A DNA stretch of 64,000 bases from Trichosphaerium sp. ATCC 40318. Lineage: Eukaryota > Protista > Tubulinea. The stretch lies in the NCBI GenBank assembly GCA_038496445.1, contig JALMLS010000005.1, positions 124,001 through 188,000 on the forward strand. The letters run 5' to 3'. Positions 61,750 through 64,000 of the stretch are shown here, in pieces; position 1 is the first letter of the stretch; every line of letters starts with the position of its first letter. A program made the position numbers and the translations under genes. The notes under the pieces are model-generated. The model was not told the DNA's origin. It searched no databases and worked only from the letters and a program-made list of their open reading frames with translations.

Positions 61750-64000
61750 ATGGAGAAAGACACAAATGAAGATAAGATTACTGTAACTGTTTTATCAACG
61801 CGTACGTTTATACTCCGACGCGTAAAATCGTGCCAAAATTTATAAAACGAATTATAGAGTCTATTACAGAGAAGGAAATACAGTTTCCGTTAGGAATAGA
61901 TTTAAACACCTTCTTGGGCCTCGTAGGCATCGGTATAAAATGTGACCCAACGAAAATAACGTTATCTATGCTTGGTACGCGAACAAAAAGCTTTTTTCTT
62001 GCCAACTTTGTCTGCCTAGGCGGAAATCAAATCACCAACGCGTCCGAACTTAGCGACGGAGATGTATTATTCGCTGCAGTAGCTTCTGGAGGAGCCTTGT
62101 CAAGTGTCACTACCCCAAGTGAGTATCTATACCAACTCAACTCACAACTCACACATAGCACAGGTACAGCGCCCGTCTCCTCACCTAAAGCTCCTGTCAC
62201 CGAAAAAAAGTCTCTGAGAGCTGAAAAGACAGAAGCAGAGGCACAAACAATGTTCCTAACGTTGTGTGGCCTTTTCCCAAAAGGCACTACTACCTAAGGA
62301 TAGGTTTTTTTATGTAACCTCTATCTTAGCTCGGCGTATCCTATTGAGAGAAGCTGTATCAAAATCACGTGATATAGAAGAAGCTACAAACTACTATGTG
62401 AACTCTAAGAGTCAGAATGTTAACCAAGGCTCACCAAAGAGGAAAGAAATGTCTTCACAGAGCAATGATGCTACAATGACTGATGTCGCTAAGTCGCCTG
62501 AAAAAAGAGATACTGTTGCTAAAAAACGCAAGATATCGCCTTCACCAAGTACCGAGTTGAAGAAAAAAGATGTGGTTATGATAGACTTGACAACAGACGA
62601 GATTACTAAGGAAGTCAGAGATGAGCATTTAGATTCGTTAGTTGCCATGTTTCCACAGCTTATGACAACATTTTTACAAAGTTCCTTGGCTAAAGCCAAT
62701 GGTGATGTCCTTAAAGTAATAGAAAACGTACTCTCAATGGATGAAACTACTAAAAAGAAGTATGAAGTGGGTACGTTTCGTTGAATTAATTAAGACAGTT
62801 CTAATCAAATCTGTAGGTGATGCTCCAAAGACAAAGAAAATCATATACTCATTAAGAGAACTTTGTTTGCAGATTATGTCAAAAGACTGGAGTTTGCATG
62901 AGGCCAATGTATCTAAGGCTCTGAAGAATTATCCTAGATTAGAAGAAGAAATACTAGGTTATATGTGGTCACGCGGCATTGTGAGTGTTTTAGACGAAGA
63001 AGAACAAAACAAGAAACAAAGGTAAAAAGAAAACTCTTAAAGTATACGAATGCTTATGTTTAGCGATATGGTTGATTTTGCTGGAGAATTGCAGTCGTTA
63101 CTTTGTAATCCTGATGACTTGCAAGAGATTTCTTGGGACGGTACGTCTCTTACCAAAGAATGTCACTAATTTGAGTTTCTCGCAGGAGATCTTGATGGGC
63201 AAAATGGTGTAGATGCAGACTTGGCACAGATGTTGGCTGCAATGGAAAATGATGTAAATAGTAGTTTAAAAGAAGACGAAGCATTTGCAAGGCGGTTACT
63301 ACAAGAAGAACAAGAACGTAACATTGCCTAGTTATTGGTTTTATCTCATTTGTTTTACAAAAGGGCTTGCTGAGATGGAGCGCTTAGAAGCTAAAGATAT
63401 TGAACTAGCAAAAAAACTTACAGAGCTAGAGTCTCCTGATAAAGTACAAAGTTCTAGAAGTGATGCGGACCTTGCTAGGGCCTTACTGAAAGAAGATGAA
63501 GAAAGGCGTTTACAACAAAAGAAGATGCTTGAAGAAGACGCAAAACTGGCACATGCTCTTCTCAAAAAGGAAGCTGAAGATTACAAACATGGTAAAAAAC
63601 TTGAAAACAATGCAGATAAAATAGCAAGAGATGAGGTACCTTCATAGAAATAACAGCGGTTTTAATTAAAATTCTTCTAGGCATTCGCAAGGTCGTTGGT
63701 TGAGCAGATGGAAACACAAGTTAAAAAACATACTTTTAGTGACCGTGAGTATGCTAGACAGTTGTATGAAAAAGAAAAACAACAATTAGAACTTGAACGT
63801 GCACAAGTACAGGTACATAGCCGACCTGAGTTTTTTCGTGAATTTACAACAAGAGAATACAGGCAAAGTTGGATGCTAAAGCAATGGACGAGCGCACAAA
63901 AGCTTTGATTCAAGAAATACGTGCATGCGACGAGATTGGAGAAGAAGCGCCGACTAGTTTCCGACAAATAGAGCAACTACGGAGTGATTACCTTGACATA
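61750..64000 (+). CDS. Multi-ubiquitin-binding protein (beta-grasp-like N-terminus, CUE-like domains, ~7 MIU-like motifs); runs off the window
   Basis: GGNQITNASELSDGDVLF; LVAMFPQL..ANGDV; DADLAQML, DEAFARRL, DIELAKKL, DADLARAL, DAKLAHAL, DEAFARSL, DREYARQL. Confidence 0.7.

Noticed and set aside
1-64000. Prokaryotic or phage reading (operons, CRISPR array, defence island)
   Set aside because: Genes are split by GT-AG introns and encode eukaryote-specific proteins; no regularly spaced repeat-spacer array was seen.
1-64000. Alternative genetic code to explain fragmented ORFs
   Set aside because: In-frame stops fall inside introns, and TAA, TAG and TGA all end conserved genes at the expected positions.

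Overview
AT-rich, gene-dense eukaryotic nuclear DNA with many short (mostly 40-100 nt) spliceosomal introns, so most ORF-track entries are exon fragments or antisense noise. Gene content (EF-hand/SH2 modules, DH-PH GEFs, TKL kinase fold, a minor-spliceosome intron) suggests a free-living protist, probably an amoebozoan (inference). I could rebuild about 27 genes by hand. Conserved ones: GULO-like oxidase, SF3A3, DNAJC11, GOS1-type SNARE, mS41/IGR, ABHD1-3, TMEM144, AMFR/gp78, RGP1. Main unusual features: (1) two paralogues built from ~70-aa W/GG/YP repeats, one ending in a PD-(D/E)XK/Vsr-like nuclease; (2) a U12-type AT-AC intron (2751-2941) and four GC-AG introns; (3) an intronless DEAH helicase that has lost every ATPase motif, head-to-head with an intronless F-box-like gene; (4) an inverted duplication of that pair (42.85-46.8 kb copied to 17.4-21.3 kb) in which each copy lost a different gene; (5) several bacterial-type domains that now carry introns (CpcT/CpeT, EEP nuclease fused to R3H, RraA-like, LTD, a CheD-like Cys/His motif); (6) decayed giant-virus-like F-box-MORN and LRR genes; (7) a large excess of CACGTG. 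CDS coordinates are gene spans including introns. Splice models are manual, and family calls come from remembered motifs, not database searches.
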